This document shows positions 62,321-64,000 of a stretch of DNA of 64,000 nucleotides, one piece after another. The stretch lies in NCBI RefSeq assembly GCF_001194135.2, contig NC_068983.1:112897427-112961426 (forward strand), in the 5' to 3' direction. Numbering within the stretch: position 1 is the first letter of the stretch; each line of letters opens with the position of its first letter. Origin of the DNA: Octopus bimaculoides. Its lineage: Eukaryota. Below the pieces are notes generated by a model. The model was not told where the DNA came from. It saw only the letters and a list, made by a program, of their open reading frames with translations, and did not search any database. Position numbers and translations under genes: made by a program.

Positions 62321-63384
62321 AGTACTTAATTTCTATCACTTGTGGGGATAAAAGATAATACTAAGACAACTCAGTGCAGCTAAGTACATTTGGGACTGGT
62401 TCTTTGCAATGCTATAACTTCTCATACTAAAATATTTCATTGTATAATGGTCAGTAAAAATTTAATAATGTCATCAGCATCAACATTTGAAAATATTGTA
62501 TGAATCTTAACAAAAGAAAATTGTTTCCCAGGCGACTGGTTAGTTTTCAGTAAAACATTAAGGAAAATTGAAATGGAACAAGTCATGCTGAATAGGCTAC
62601 ATTGTAAATATTCATGGCCATTCTCCTTGCTCTAAGAAAGTCATTCCATATCTTCACATATAATATGCAATGTGAGAAATATTTATGTAGATATGAAAAA
62701 CTTTAGATCTTTATGTCAATTAATAAAATAAGATGCATAATTGTTCTATGATATTAATATGCAATGAATTCTTGATGTATTATGCATATCATACTATCTT
62801 ATCCTGTGCTTACATAGTGTAACATCATATCATATGAATATGTTATATAAGTACAACGTTATATGTTATAAATATTTGATATACTAGTGTAATTCATGAA
62901 TTATTATAGTAGCAGATTTATTGTTGCCTAGCTAGGTTTCAAATACATTTATGTATATTGGAAATGCTTGCTAGTGCAATATTATCAGAATATATTACTT
63001 ATCTAAGCGAAATAGGAACCAATTTAACTGCTGAGATGGTCATGGTTGCAACATATCTGGTCACAGATTTGTTCAGTCAGAGCTAACCTGACGTTTAGCA
63101 GTTCAAAAATAACAATTCATAAATAAAACTGCAAATTACAACACCAGAGAACAAATCAGAAATACCAAGTATCAATACGTTGATACTTTGAAATGTCATT
63201 TGAGAAACGATGCTTTTGAAAGGTTTTGCTGTTTAATAACACACACAAACACACACACACACATGCATGCATGCACACACGAATGCATGTACACACGCAC
63301 ATATTCAAATATAAAATAGAAGCAGCATTAGTGTAATAAACATTATCAAACACATATACTTAATATATACACCTTTTGTATTTG

Positions 63385-63550
63385 CTGGTAGTCTCTGGTT
63401 GGCATCTTTGTGTTCGTGAGCAAAACACTTGAACTCACATTATTCTACTCTCACTTCAGTTAGCATGCTGGAGAACAGTCTCTCAAAGTGTTGGGTGTTA
63501 AAACACCCTAGAGTCATGGACAGGCAAGATAACTCACCTCTAATCCCATC
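63385..63550 (+). mobile_element. Old SINE family D (CORE-like domain), head decayed
   Basis: ttgtgttcgtgagcaaaacacttgaactcacatt resembles CORE-type ttgtgtccttgagcaagacactt; reverse match to 63742-63877. Confidence 0.55.
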
Positions 63551-63741
63551 TGGAAGTACTGCTTCTATTTCATATTTGAATTTATTCTTGTGTATGCATT
63601 GTCCAGGCACAGCCACACATGGTTTGCACACTATGAGCATATAAATTGCGAACTGGCAAATTGATTCATCTCTGATACTGATCAGACACATGATATTGAC
63701 AAGCTACAAAAATGGCAAAACATCAATGTCCATCACTCCTT

Positions 63742-63958
63742 GATGGGATTAGAGGTGAGGTATCTCACATGCTCATGACTCTAAGCTGTTTTAACACTTT
63801 GAGAGAGTATTCTCCACTAAGCCAACTGAAGTGAGTACAGAAGAATGTGAGATGAAGTGTTTTGTTCAAAGACACAATGCACACTTGATACAGGAATTGA
63901 AACCATAATCTTGTTACCATGAGTACAACACTCTAATCACTAGGCTATGTGTCCTCAC
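63742..63958 (-). mobile_element. Old SINE family D copy with tRNA-like head
   Basis: Minus head gaggacacatagcctagtgattagagtg..tggtttcaattcctg, then ttgtgtctttgaacaaaacactt. Confidence 0.65.
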
Positions 63959-64000
63959 ACACACACACACATGTGTATATATATATATATATATATATAT

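Overview
AT-rich eukaryotic scaffold with many N gaps and CA/TA/ATT/AGT microsatellites. The SINE families look like those of an octopus (coleoid cephalopod); this comes from memory and is not verified by a search. No host protein-coding gene is supported. The window reads as intergenic DNA or a very long intron filled with transposon debris. It holds at least four tRNA-headed SINE families, RTE LINE fragments, R4/Dong-like LINEs sitting in (TAA)n arrays, three mariner elements plus a MITE, a Helitron/Helentron block with a PIF1-helicase remnant and telomere-like repeats, and Penelope-like fragments. The most notable signal is seven minimal type I hammerhead-ribozyme-like motifs with a shared layout: stem I, 7-nt core, extra purine, stem II, GAAA, palindromic mini stem III, stem I'. 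Core positions 3 and 8 co-vary between families (C-G, U-A, G-C). They occur in two ~274-bp head-to-head palindromes, in Penelope-like 3' ends next to (TA)n, and in the tail of a tRNA-headed SINE. All copies carry some decay, so activity is untested. Also seen: a textbook recursive-splice-like AG|GTAAGT site on the minus strand, and a 2-kb stack of same-orientation Dong-like 3' ends. Ends of old repeats are approximate.
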